Assembly: GCA_965223265.1 (NCBI GenBank)
Contig: OZ244999.1
Coordinates: 3,061,092 to 3,125,091 of the forward strand
DNA from: Planctomycetota bacterium
GTDB lineage: Bacteria > Planctomycetota > UBA8108 > SXIK01
Length of the DNA stretch: 64,000 nucleotides
Reading direction: 5' to 3'
Shown: one piece after another, positions 54,482-63,755 of the stretch
How positions within the stretch are numbered: position 1 is the first letter of the stretch
Layout of the letters: every line of letters starts with the position of its first letter
Made by a program: the position numbers and the translations under genes
The notes under the pieces: generated by a model
Told to the model about the DNA's origin: nothing
The model's input: only the letters and a program-made list of their open reading frames with translations
Database searches by the model: none

Positions 54482-54949
54482 TTATCTGGTCGGCACGATC
54501 TGTGCCGGTTCGCTGGGTGAGGCCTCGACCGTTTCGACGTTGGTCCCGAGCCCCGCGTAGAGGATGCCTCTCTCCGCGACCGCACTACGGTAGATGTCGT
54601 AAACGTCTGGAAACCGATCTTCGAGTTCCACGAGCGACAGTTCTGCAGCCATCACCTTGCCGTCAACGTCTCTGACGCTGAAGAGAGGTCCGACTGGCGA
54701 CGTCGTCACGGTCACCGTCGCATTTTTTGATCGTAAACTGACGATCGTCTTGCCGACAATGACAGCCTCACCGGCCGCAGTCTCGCTGTGCGCTTTCGTC
54801 GCCACGCCAGCGCTGGAGTCTCGACGGAGCGTGTTCGAACTCTCGGTACTTTCGGCTGCCGTTGACTCATCTGAGGAAGTCGTCGCGCAGCCGTAAGCAA
54901 ACCAAACGCAGCTGAGAAAGATCCATCGTTGCATGGCGAAACCTCTCAT
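54482..54949 (-). CDS. small lipoprotein, unknown function
   Basis: Lipobox MQRWIFLSCVWFAYGC, followed by a Ser/Thr/Glu-rich linker and a beta-rich domain. Two in-frame ATGs (54949 and 54934). Confidence 0.5.
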   Translation of the reverse strand: MRGFAMQRWIFLSCVWFAYGCATTSSDESTAAESTESSNTLRRDSSAGVATKAHSETAAGEAVIVGKTIVSLRSKNATVTVTTSPVGPLFSVRDVDGKVMAAELSLVELEDRFPDVYDIYRSAVAERGILYAGLGTNVETVEASPSEPAQIVPTR

Positions 54950-55137
54950 CGACGATTCGGTTCATCGAAGATTCCGGCCGTGGTTTGCCCTCCCTCCTGC
55001 CCGGTCAGGCGACCCGGAGCCGACTTCCCGGATATGATGGAGACGGATTCCTGGGTTGCCACTTTTTTTCGTGTGAACGACTCGACCTACGTTGTCGCTG
55101 CGCGACTGGGGGAGGTGCGTGTTCGACCGCGCTTGGA

Positions 55138-56136
55138 TCAAGCTGGCGTTGGCGCAGTATCCCGCGTTGGCAGAGCGACTTCAGCGGCGGGACGGGCCCA
55201 GGTCGTAGTTGGCGGATAGCGTTCGAGAACCTCCCCCATGGGAGCGAACGCGAAGCGCTCCAGCAGCGTCTCGAGGCGTCGCTCCATGCCCTTGAGCCCG
55301 GTGTAGTGCCGCAAGCGTGATTTGAGGTGAGCAGCTAACCGAGGTTGTTCTGGATCGATTTCCCACGGGTGGATGTAGACGGTGCCAGGTCGACGATCCT
55401 TGACTTCGAGCTGTCGTAGAGCCCAGAGCGAGTACCACTGCGGGAAGATGCGCAAGTATCCGCCACCAGGACCCGGAAAATTCATTCCGAATGCCGTTGC
55501 CGTGCACGGCGGGAACTCGATGATCGAGGCGGGGGGAGTCACGTCACCCGAGTCGGCAGCAGACGATTCGGTCTGCTCGCGCCCACGTCCACCGAGGTCG
55601 ACGCGGACGGGAAAGCGGGGAAAGTCGACGTATCCATAGACGTCATGCCGAATCGGGAAGATGCTTGAGTCGTACGCATAGCCTTCCGACGCGAGAACCT
55701 CGAGCGCCCACAGAGATCGTTTCGTGATCGAGTAGCTTGGCGCGCGGTAGCCGCGCACCTTAACGCCGGCTGCGTCTTCGAGTCTGTTTGTCGCTTCGCG
55801 CGTGTCCCGACGAAATTCATCGGGGTCGAGTTCGTACACAAGTCGGTGGAGCTGACTGTGGCAGCCGAGCTCATGTCCGCGTTTGACGATTTCCGCAACC
55901 ACGAGCGGGCACTTTTTCGCCACCCAGCCGAGTGTAAAGAACGTCGCTCGCACACCGAAACGGTCGAAGAGATCGAGTAATCGATAGGTGTTGTCGGCAA
56001 CGCGGATCGGAAATCGGTGCCAACGTTCGTGTCCGACGTAACGACGGAACGCCTCGACTTGGAAGTAGTCTTCGACGTCGACCGTTAGGGCATGAGTGAT
56101 GCGGCTGTTTTGAGGTGTCTCACGTGGCGGGTTCAC
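55138..56136 (-). CDS. polysaccharide deacetylase (CE4) of the DUF3473 / exopolysaccharide-locus subfamily
   Basis: HALTVDVEDYFQVEAF, FFTLGWVAKKCP and LGCHSQLH, with a DUF3473-like C-terminal extension. GTG start. Confidence 0.8.
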   Translation of the reverse strand: MNPPRETPQNSRITHALTVDVEDYFQVEAFRRYVGHERWHRFPIRVADNTYRLLDLFDRFGVRATFFTLGWVAKKCPLVVAEIVKRGHELGCHSQLHRLVYELDPDEFRRDTREATNRLEDAAGVKVRGYRAPSYSITKRSLWALEVLASEGYAYDSSIFPIRHDVYGYVDFPRFPVRVDLGGRGREQTESSAADSGDVTPPASIIEFPPCTATAFGMNFPGPGGGYLRIFPQWYSLWALRQLEVKDRRPGTVYIHPWEIDPEQPRLAAHLKSRLRHYTGLKGMERRLETLLERFAFAPMGEVLERYPPTTTWARPAAEVALPTRDTAPTPA

Positions 56137-56184
56137 TCACGCGTCTTCGGCGTTCGGGCGTGCTGACCTGCAGTCACGGCCGCG

Positions 56185-56254
56185 CCTGCGACTATCGGCC
56201 TGCGACTATCGGCCCGTGGCTGTCGGCCTGTGACTATCGGCCTGTGACTATCGG
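56185..56254. repeat. 14-bp tandem repeat, 5 copies
   Basis: The copies are CCTGCGACTATCGG x2, CCCGTGGCTGTCGG and CCTGTGACTATCGG x2. The period is not a multiple of 3. The array spans the stop of the BatE-like gene (TAG at 56248-56250) and the region upstream of the deacetylase start (56136). Confidence 0.9.
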
Positions 56255-57168
56255 AGCCTGCGGGGAATCACCCAGTCGACCGCTCGCGCCGGGATCCAAG
56301 ACGTCGTGCCATCGAGGAGTCGCACGTGAACCCAGTCTGCGCTACCCTGCTCCGTCCCCCCAGCCACCGAGCTCACTTCCGTACCGGGAGGGAACGGACG
56401 CGAGTGCGATGCCGAATAGGTCTCACCGTCACCACGTTTCCCCTCGATCTCGACTTGGATGACGCCGTCTTCTGCGAGCGGCGGTTTTGCGGCATCGACA
56501 CCGATCGATCCGGCGAGAACGAGGGCCACAACGAGCAGCGCGATGCCGGCGGCGAAAAAAAATCGCCGTCGCCACTGAGCGACCGCAAGGAGGGCGAACG
56601 CCAGAGGGAAGATCACGGTGAAGATGGAGAGGCGTAGAGAGAACGTCAGACCGTAGTGCCAAAAGAAAAGCGTTTCTACCAGCGAGTCGGACGCTGAGAC
56701 CTGTCGGGTGATCGGCATGGTCAGCCGAAGGTGATCGAGGCTGCCTCGGGCGCGCTCGTTGCTTGGGTCGACCGCGAGGGCGCGACGGTAGAAGAGCACC
56801 GCCTTGCCGGCCTCATCAGCGAAGGCATAGCTGTTGGCGGCGTTCGTGGCGACTTGAGTCGACGTCACACCCTGGTCCCAGCAAGCTGCGAAGAGGTCGC
56901 CGGCGGCGCGGTACTTCGAGCGGGTCTCACCGCCTTGCGATGGATGATTCTCTTGAAACTCCCGTGCGGCGCTGAATGCCTCGTGAGCACGCTTGAAAGT
57001 GTCGCCAGCGCTGGGGGGCGTCGCAGCGACATCTGCCGGAATCGATGCGGAGTCGGCGAGAGCTAGGTCTGCACTCGTCATGATGGCGGTGCTCGCGACG
57101 GTCACGGCGCATACAACGCTGCGGGCTGCAGACCACACCCAAGTTGAAAGAGGTTGTCGGACGTCCAA
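56248..57168 (-). CDS. BatE-like protein (TPR region, TM segments, C-terminal SH3-like domain)
   Basis: TPR-like NAANSYAFADEAGKAVLFYRRALAVDP, TM block LSIFTVIFPLAFALLAV...IALLVVALVLAG, and C-terminal ADWVHVRLLDGTTSWIPARAV. The start is uncertain (TTG 57168 or GTG 57138). Confidence 0.6.
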   Translation of the reverse strand: MDVRQPLSTWVWSAARSVVCAVTVASTAIMTSADLALADSASIPADVAATPPSAGDTFKRAHEAFSAAREFQENHPSQGGETRSKYRAAGDLFAACWDQGVTSTQVATNAANSYAFADEAGKAVLFYRRALAVDPSNERARGSLDHLRLTMPITRQVSASDSLVETLFFWHYGLTFSLRLSIFTVIFPLAFALLAVAQWRRRFFFAAGIALLVVALVLAGSIGVDAAKPPLAEDGVIQVEIEGKRGDGETYSASHSRPFPPGTEVSSVAGGTEQGSADWVHVRLLDGTTSWIPARAVDWVIPRRLR

Positions 57169-57187
57169 GTGAAGGATCTCGGCTCCT

Positions 57188-59125
57188 CTATTTGAGCAGT
57201 GGGTTCAGTCGCTTGAGGACGTCTCGAGCCCGGTCGACAGGAACATCTCGCGAGCCGCCGCCGAACCTTCCGGATAGAAATGACTCCAGCACCTGGAGCG
57301 CTTCGTCGGCGAGCTCGGAGGAGACGCCGTGCTCTTCGAGAGTCGACTTCAGCTCGCCCGGGGTTAGCTCGCCGCGCGCAACGCCGGCACGCTCCGAGAA
57401 GTAATCCCGGAATGCCGTCGCGGCGTCGTCGAGCTCGGCATCGTCGCTGAGTCGTCCGAGCGCGCGCGACAGGGCTCTGTCCTTCAGTGTCGTCTCCGGT
57501 GCGCGCTGTTGGCGTCGTCGGATGATTACAGCAGCAGCGAAAAGCAGCGGCGGGACCACTAACACCGCGGAGATCCGTCGGCTCAAAACGGCTCGCGTCG
57601 GTTCAAACGAGGATTGCGCTTGGCCAATGGTGGCGAAGTTGGCGGCGATGCCAGTGCGCGTTCCGATCGACTCGACATCGTTCGGCCGCCGGATCGAAGT
57701 CGCTGTCGAGGCGTTTTGCCGTTCGCTGACGATGGCGTCATTCGCACTGACCGTCTTCACTTCCCGGACGGTGATAGGGATCGGTTGCGACCGAAAAATT
57801 TCGTAGCGCCTCGACTTCGAATCGTACGACGGAAAGGCGATCGGCGGAATCGCTTTGACGTGTTTACCTTGTGGCCGCAGTCGGAGGCGAAACGTTTTTG
57901 TCTTGCCACCGACGACGCCCGGATCCATGTCACCGGAGACGTCGAAGTCTTTCGTCAATGTGTCGTCTCTTGCCCAGAGAGGCTGCGAGAGGTTCTCCAG
58001 AAGCGCCTGTGTTGCTTCTGTGCCCCAGCCGTTTTGGCTTGTGACGCGTACCTGCAGCGTCAGAGGCGCGAAGGCGTCCACCTCGGTCGTTGGCGTCTCT
58101 ACCTCGACGCTATACTTACCTACGGCGCCGTTGTAGGTCGGTGGTTGGCCGTGGCGCGGCGGTTCTTCGACCCGATAGATGACGGAGCCGATCTGGGCGC
58201 GGAAGTCTTTGAAAACAGGCACTTCGACGACGCGGCCCTGGAGACCGAAGGCGCGGTTTCGGCGTCTCTTTTCAACCCCCGTCGCCAGCGCAAGGCCGGC
58301 CGTCGCCTGCCCGCATTCAATCGAGCCGACCTGAAGAGGGACGACATCGAACGCGAACGAGAGAGTCCTGAAGCCTTCGCCTTGGTCGTTGGTCTCAAAG
58401 TCCTCGACGATATGGAGCGCGGTCTTCTCGAGTTTCACCTGTGTCGAGTCTCGGCGGAGTGCGGCGGGAAAGAGCAGCACACCGCTCTGCTGGATCAGCG
58501 GTATCTCCAGTGCTGTGAGTCCGAAGGCGGAGCGGCGATCGAAGAAGCTGTCAGAGCCGAATTCATCGTTGCGGGCGCCGCTGTAAGAAATCGTGTACTT
58601 GACGCGAAACGGTTCTGCGACACCGCCGCTTGGATTCTGCAGGTCGACGCGAAACCGCACATTGAGAGGCGGTCGTCGGTAGACCTCCAGTGTCAACGCG
58701 TCTTGGGATTTGATCGTCCTGGTGCCGACCGTGCCTGTGATCGGTCCGACCTGGAAGGTCTGCCGCTGAGCGGCCAGCGGCTTGAGGAGGTACGTCATCG
58801 AGATCGAGAAACGTCCGTTGGTCCAGCGCTGCGTTGGTCGAAACGGGCCGTTGACCGCCAGCCCCCGGATCTCCGGAACGTCGGGCGTGACCTGCGCTGC
58901 GTTCTGTCCGGAGATGTATACCTCGAGCTGGATTTCTTCGTCCGCATACGCCTGCGTCTTCGACAGTGCCGCACGGAGCGTTTGCGCCTCGACGACTTCA
59001 ATGTTGCTGAGCAGCACCAGGCACCCGACCAGGCTGAAAGCGAAGAGGCGGGTAGCATGCGGTTGATGCAGGAGACGATCGATGGACGTTTGTCGACGCC
59101 GCAGACCCTCGTGCTCTGGTTGCAT
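57188..59125 (-). CDS. batD: BatD-family protein
   Basis: ATG 59125 is preceded by GGAGAGGAAGAG. It has a signal segment, a large beta-rich ectodomain and a C-terminal TM (VLVVPPLLFAAAVIIRRRQQR). Its position between the BatC-like and BatE-like genes supports the call. Confidence 0.65.
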   Translation of the reverse strand: MQPEHEGLRRRQTSIDRLLHQPHATRLFAFSLVGCLVLLSNIEVVEAQTLRAALSKTQAYADEEIQLEVYISGQNAAQVTPDVPEIRGLAVNGPFRPTQRWTNGRFSISMTYLLKPLAAQRQTFQVGPITGTVGTRTIKSQDALTLEVYRRPPLNVRFRVDLQNPSGGVAEPFRVKYTISYSGARNDEFGSDSFFDRRSAFGLTALEIPLIQQSGVLLFPAALRRDSTQVKLEKTALHIVEDFETNDQGEGFRTLSFAFDVVPLQVGSIECGQATAGLALATGVEKRRRNRAFGLQGRVVEVPVFKDFRAQIGSVIYRVEEPPRHGQPPTYNGAVGKYSVEVETPTTEVDAFAPLTLQVRVTSQNGWGTEATQALLENLSQPLWARDDTLTKDFDVSGDMDPGVVGGKTKTFRLRLRPQGKHVKAIPPIAFPSYDSKSRRYEIFRSQPIPITVREVKTVSANDAIVSERQNASTATSIRRPNDVESIGTRTGIAANFATIGQAQSSFEPTRAVLSRRISAVLVVPPLLFAAAVIIRRRQQRAPETTLKDRALSRALGRLSDDAELDDAATAFRDYFSERAGVARGELTPGELKSTLEEHGVSSELADEALQVLESFLSGRFGGGSRDVPVDRARDVLKRLNPLLK

Positions 59126-59139
59126 GTTCTCTTCCTCTC

Positions 59140-61437
59140 CTACCAATCTTTGACTGCTGTACGCCCGGAGGAGCCAGAGAAGATCTTCGCCTCTTGCTCG
59201 CGGCGCTCTTGGTCCATCCGCTCCCGCTCTTCGCGCGCCTGGCTGACGTTCACTTGCTGGAGATTTTGCTGCTCCTGCCGCTGGTCTTGAGGCTCTTGAC
59301 TTCGCTGGTCTTGATTCTGCTGTTGCTCGTTTGGGTCTTGACCGTCTTGATTCTGGTCTTGCCCGCTCAAGATCGCCAGGGCTTCGTGAAATGCCGCGAT
59401 GTCGCGTTCGATCGCTTCACCGGCTTCTTGGGTAAGGCCGCGGTCGAGGGCCTCAGCGGACGCAAAGACGGCCTGCTCGCCTTCTGTCATCTTCGGCAGC
59501 GCCTTCTGAGCTCTTTCGTCCTGGCGTTCCTTCAGCTCGGCTGCGATCTTGCCCGCCTCAGCTCCATCGCTTCGCTGGGAAGCGCCGAGGGCCGCGCTCG
59601 CCGCTTCCTTGGGCTCGCCGGCGAGGTCTTGAATCCCGGCCGCAGACGTCTCCGCTTCGGTTTGCCGAACGAGGAGGTCGCGCAGGCGTTCCTCCAGGCT
59701 CTTGGGTGGTTTGGGGAGGAGATCTTCGGCCTGGCGGAGTGCCTCGAGCGCTCGCTCTTCTGCTACCCGCGCAGCGTCGAGTCGTGCCGAACGCAGAGCG
59801 TCGAGTGCCTCCGTCGCTGCCGTGAGCGCTTCAGCGCCTGCGGCCCGCAGTTTTTCACTCAGTTCCTTTGCTGCCGCTTCATCGAGCCCGGCGGTCGGCG
59901 CGCCGTGAGGATCTGGATGGTTGCCACCGGGGTGTCCGAGAGGTGCGCCACCGCTGGTGGCCGCCGCCGGCGTCGGCGGCACCTCGGCGCGTGAGATCAA
60001 GGCTGCGGCCCAAATGACCTCTTCCTGATCGTCCGCGAGAGTGCGCGCGAGTGTCTTGGTGTGCGGGTTGAGGTGGCGAGCGATCGGCTGCAGCACCTTG
60101 TCTTTGAGTGCGCCGAGAAGGGCCTTGCCTGCCCCGAGCGCTTGGTCGGCGAGACTCGTCGACGAGTCGATAGCAGCGTCGCCAGATTTCTCGTCGCCGT
60201 CGCCCTTCGGCGGCGCGGAACCGTCGCCTGAGGCGCTTCCGGCGGTCTCTTCATTCTCCCCAAGAATCTGCCGTGTTGACTCGAGAATCGCTTCCTCGAA
60301 CGCAATGCCCTCGGCGATGATCTCTGGGAGGTGGACGGGGAACGCGAGCAGCGTTTGCCGCAGGGAGCGGATCGCCTCGGTGTGGCGGCCCACGGCTTTC
60401 TCGATCGCCAGCTCGGCATAGTCCGCCTCAGCGTTCTTCATGGCTTCGATCGCCTCCGCCAGCGTCTTCGCGGCGGCTTGGAGCTGCTCGGGGGCGGGGG
60501 ACTCCGGGGGGGGCGGCGGCGGCGTCGTGCCGCCTGCTGGAGCCGGAGTCGAGGCGGAGTTTGCCGCCTTGGAGGCCTCTTCGAGTTCTACCTTGAGGCG
60601 GTGAGCGAGCTTTTCGGCGAGGGCGCGGTTTGCCTCCTCCGCTTTGCGAAGCTGTCGCGATGGAATGCGTCGCCGCCGCGGCGGTGCGTCCTCGAGTCCG
60701 CGGCCGAGAGCGCGATGCTGTCGCTCCGCGGCGATCAGGCGTCGAATCAGCTGCGGCGGTGACTTGAGTGCTTCGTCCTCTTCGCGCTCGCGCTTTTCCT
60801 CTTCAAGTTTGGCGATGCGGTCGAGTACTGATTTCAGCGCGGTCTTTGCTACGCCGAGATTGAAGTCCGATGCCTCCGTCGACGGCTCCACCTTGCGAAA
60901 GAACGAGATCGAGCTGCGGAGGCTTTTCGCCGCCTCTGCGAGCTTTTTCACGGTCGCATCGAAATCTGCGGTGGAATCCATTTCCGACGCTTCTTCGAAA
61001 GCGGCTTTACCGTCCCCAAAGTGCGTCCAGCCGAGGTTGTAGTGGGCGGCCTGCTGCAGCTCGCCTCGGGCCCGCGTGGCGACGTCTTCGAAGCGCTCCG
61101 TCGCTTTGGATCGATCTCCCTGCCGAAGCCAACTGACCCCGGCGTTGAAGCGACGTGTGAGGAGATCGTTGGAAGGCGTTGCGGCCTCGTAGCTCTCAAT
61201 GGCTGCAGCAAACTCTCCCGCTTCGAATGCATCGTTTCCTTGGCGGAGGAAATCGCTGGCGTCGACGGCGGTACACAGAAAGCCGATACCGCACGTCAGA
61301 GCGACTACGGGCAGCGCCGCCAACGGATTCGCCAGCGTCGCGGTGCAGCGCTGATCGAGCCGTTCGGGCTGCATCAGCGCACTTCGTTTGCTGGTGGCGC
61401 GAAAGTTTCTGCGGTCGAGAGAACTCGTCGGTGTCAT
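59140..61437 (-). CDS. BatC-like TPR protein, expanded to 765 aa by an Ala/Glu coiled-coil region and a Gln/Asp-rich tail
   Basis: N-terminal TM plus TPR (FLRQGNDAFEAGEFAAAIESYEAA...AHYNLGWTHF). The tail reads QDQNQDGQDPNEQQQNQDQRSQEPQDQRQEQQNLQQ. The ATG overlaps the BatB stop (ATGA at 61434). Confidence 0.6.
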   Translation of the reverse strand: MTPTSSLDRRNFRATSKRSALMQPERLDQRCTATLANPLAALPVVALTCGIGFLCTAVDASDFLRQGNDAFEAGEFAAAIESYEAATPSNDLLTRRFNAGVSWLRQGDRSKATERFEDVATRARGELQQAAHYNLGWTHFGDGKAAFEEASEMDSTADFDATVKKLAEAAKSLRSSISFFRKVEPSTEASDFNLGVAKTALKSVLDRIAKLEEEKREREEDEALKSPPQLIRRLIAAERQHRALGRGLEDAPPRRRRIPSRQLRKAEEANRALAEKLAHRLKVELEEASKAANSASTPAPAGGTTPPPPPPESPAPEQLQAAAKTLAEAIEAMKNAEADYAELAIEKAVGRHTEAIRSLRQTLLAFPVHLPEIIAEGIAFEEAILESTRQILGENEETAGSASGDGSAPPKGDGDEKSGDAAIDSSTSLADQALGAGKALLGALKDKVLQPIARHLNPHTKTLARTLADDQEEVIWAAALISRAEVPPTPAAATSGGAPLGHPGGNHPDPHGAPTAGLDEAAAKELSEKLRAAGAEALTAATEALDALRSARLDAARVAEERALEALRQAEDLLPKPPKSLEERLRDLLVRQTEAETSAAGIQDLAGEPKEAASAALGASQRSDGAEAGKIAAELKERQDERAQKALPKMTEGEQAVFASAEALDRGLTQEAGEAIERDIAAFHEALAILSGQDQNQDGQDPNEQQQNQDQRSQEPQDQRQEQQNLQQVNVSQAREERERMDQERREQEAKIFSGSSGRTAVKDW

Positions 61438-62561
61438 GGCGTCGACTCCACTGACTCGAGTGCGAGTTGTCCTTTCTTCGGACGTTCAGGCAGCGTCACG
61501 GCGAGAACGTACAGCACTAGACCGGCCAAAAGAAAAGGCTGAAAAATCTCGGTCCAGAACACTCTCTTCTCGGTCACTTCGTCCCGGGTGTTGGGCGCAA
61601 TCCGTTGATCATAGAATTCTACCAGGCTGAAGTGCTGCGTGCCGACGGGCAGGAAGACACCGCGGGGTGCTGCGTTCGTCATCTCGATGAGTGTCTTTGC
61701 ATCGAGTTTCGACTGGACGACGTTCCCGTCGCGATCCTTGACGTATTCGACGTTGCCATCCGGCGTCTGAATGGCGATCGGGGAGCCTGTCTCACTGCCT
61801 AGTCCAATCGTGTAGAGGCCGACGTTGAGAGCGGCGGCGTGCTCTGCTGCACGCACTGGATAGGAACCGTGGTCTTCGCCATCGGTGATCAAAAGCAGGT
61901 CGGCGAATGACTCCTTGCGGCCTCTCAGCTCTTCCTCCATCACACGGTCACCGACGCCCGGCTCAGCGTCGGCGGGAGACTCGTCGGCTTCGAGCCCCAA
62001 GAGATCGTCAGTCGCCTTGCGGATGGCGTCACCGATGTTGGTCCCTCCTGCGGAAGCACTCGTCGTGTCGATGGTTCTCAGTACACTCTTGAAGTAGGTG
62101 AAGTTTCGCGTCAGAGGGCACTTGATGACCGCGTCACCAGCGAAGACCACGAGGCCGACGCGATCGCCCTGAAGGTGATCGACAAGGCGAGAGATCTCGT
62201 CCTTGGCACGCTCGAGGCGACTTGGCTGTAGATCGGTCGCGAGCATCGACCGGGACACGTCGAGGAGAATCGCGACGTCTCGCGAGCTCGTCCTATACTG
62301 CTGCTCTTCCGGGTTGCACCGCGGCTGGACCGCCGCGGCAGTCAGCAACACGATCGCGAACGCGAAGGCGATCGCCCGTCGCCAGCGTCGACGCCCCAGC
62401 GATTTGAGCCAGAGCTCTGTACGCACTCGGTCGTATCCGAAGATCGTCAGAACGTGCCGACGCCGCGCGATGCCCCAACCGCAAAGCACGAGAACCAGCG
62501 GCGCGGCCCACACCAGGTGGACCCACGGAACGAGTGCTGGAAGGTCAAACTGCTCAAACAT
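61434..62561 (-). CDS. batB: VWA-domain protein, BatB-like
   Basis: Two N-terminal TM segments, the MIDAS motif LLDVSRSM, and the VWA core VVFAGDA...GGTNIGDAI...LLITDGEDH. Confidence 0.8.
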   Translation of the reverse strand: MFEQFDLPALVPWVHLVWAAPLVLVLCGWGIARRRHVLTIFGYDRVRTELWLKSLGRRRWRRAIAFAFAIVLLTAAAVQPRCNPEEQQYRTSSRDVAILLDVSRSMLATDLQPSRLERAKDEISRLVDHLQGDRVGLVVFAGDAVIKCPLTRNFTYFKSVLRTIDTTSASAGGTNIGDAIRKATDDLLGLEADESPADAEPGVGDRVMEEELRGRKESFADLLLITDGEDHGSYPVRAAEHAAALNVGLYTIGLGSETGSPIAIQTPDGNVEYVKDRDGNVVQSKLDAKTLIEMTNAAPRGVFLPVGTQHFSLVEFYDQRIAPNTRDEVTEKRVFWTEIFQPFLLAGLVLYVLAVTLPERPKKGQLALESVESTP

Positions 62562-62600
62562 GTCGAAAGGTCTACGTCTAGAGTCGAGGTCAACAAGCGA

Positions 62601-63755
62601 CTATGGGATCTGGCGCAAAAATGTCTCCCCGAGAAAGATGGCGACGAGCGCACAGACGAAACCAGGGATCAGAAACCAGCGGTACTTCTCGTGGTAGCTG
62701 CGAAACTGAATGGTGCCAACATCCGATTTCTCGATCGCATCAATCTCGGCGTAAATCTCTTCAAGTTCCGCGCCGCTGCGCGCGAGAAATGCACGACCGC
62801 CAGATGGCTCGACCACCTGGCGCGGCACTGCTAAAAGCTCGTCCTCGGTGTACTCCCGCACGACGCGACGACCGAAGAACCCTTCGGCCTCGTCGTAGGG
62901 ATCGCGAAAGACCACGTAGTAGATCCGGATGTCACTTTCGGCCGCGAATTTCCCCGCTTCGATTGGGTCGCGCCCGGCGTTGTTTTCTCCGTCGGTCAGA
63001 ACGATGAGCACCTTGCCGGTGATGCGATAGCTGCTTTGGTCCGAGATCTCCGTGTCGAGCGAGGTCTCCTGGGCAAGATCATCCTCAGCCGAGATGAGCG
63101 CCAACGCCGCGCGATACAGGCCATCACCGATGGCGGTCGCGTTGAGCGGGTTCTCGCGCAGGCGCGCACCACGACTGCGGGCTTTCTGGATGTCGCGAAC
63201 GGGGGCGCTGTACTCGTCGAGCGCTGGTGCCACTGTACGCAGGTTTTCTACGGCAGTGAGCAGGGGCTCGTGCTCGGAGACGAGGGGACAGTTTTCTTCG
63301 GTGTAGCGGGCGAACGTCGTCAAACCGATGAGGTCTGTAGTGCGACCTTTGAGGCGATCGCTGCCGCCGACGAATTGCGAGAAAACATCCTTAACGATGT
63401 CGATGCGCTTTGGCCTGCGGTTGTCATGCTGCATCGTTTCTTCCATCGAACCGGAGCGATCGAGCACCATTTGAATGGCGATGCCCTGATTGCGGACGAC
63501 CGTGTAGGCGTCGCCTTGCCGCGGCCGAGCGATCGCTAAAACAAACGCGACGATCGCAGCGGTTTGGAGCAGCGGCAAGAGAATCCGGAGCCGCTGTCGA
63601 AGGGTCGGCCTCACGCCCTTGAATCGTGCCACACTTGGAAAGACGATCGCCGCCTGTCCGCGGTGACGGCGGTATCGGAGAAAGAGCATGAGCAGTGCGG
63701 GCACTGCCAGCAAGAGGAGCCACGGGTTTTCGAACTCAAACCGATTGAACTGCAT
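62601..63755 (-). CDS. batA: VWA-domain protein, BatA-like
   Basis: ATG 63755 gives MQFNRFEFENPWLLLLAVPALLMLFL. MIDAS motif VLDRSGSM, VWA core LTDGENNAG, and a C-terminal TM. Confidence 0.8.
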   Translation of the reverse strand: MQFNRFEFENPWLLLLAVPALLMLFLRYRRHRGQAAIVFPSVARFKGVRPTLRQRLRILLPLLQTAAIVAFVLAIARPRQGDAYTVVRNQGIAIQMVLDRSGSMEETMQHDNRRPKRIDIVKDVFSQFVGGSDRLKGRTTDLIGLTTFARYTEENCPLVSEHEPLLTAVENLRTVAPALDEYSAPVRDIQKARSRGARLRENPLNATAIGDGLYRAALALISAEDDLAQETSLDTEISDQSSYRITGKVLIVLTDGENNAGRDPIEAGKFAAESDIRIYYVVFRDPYDEAEGFFGRRVVREYTEDELLAVPRQVVEPSGGRAFLARSGAELEEIYAEIDAIEKSDVGTIQFRSYHEKYRWFLIPGFVCALVAIFLGETFLRQIP

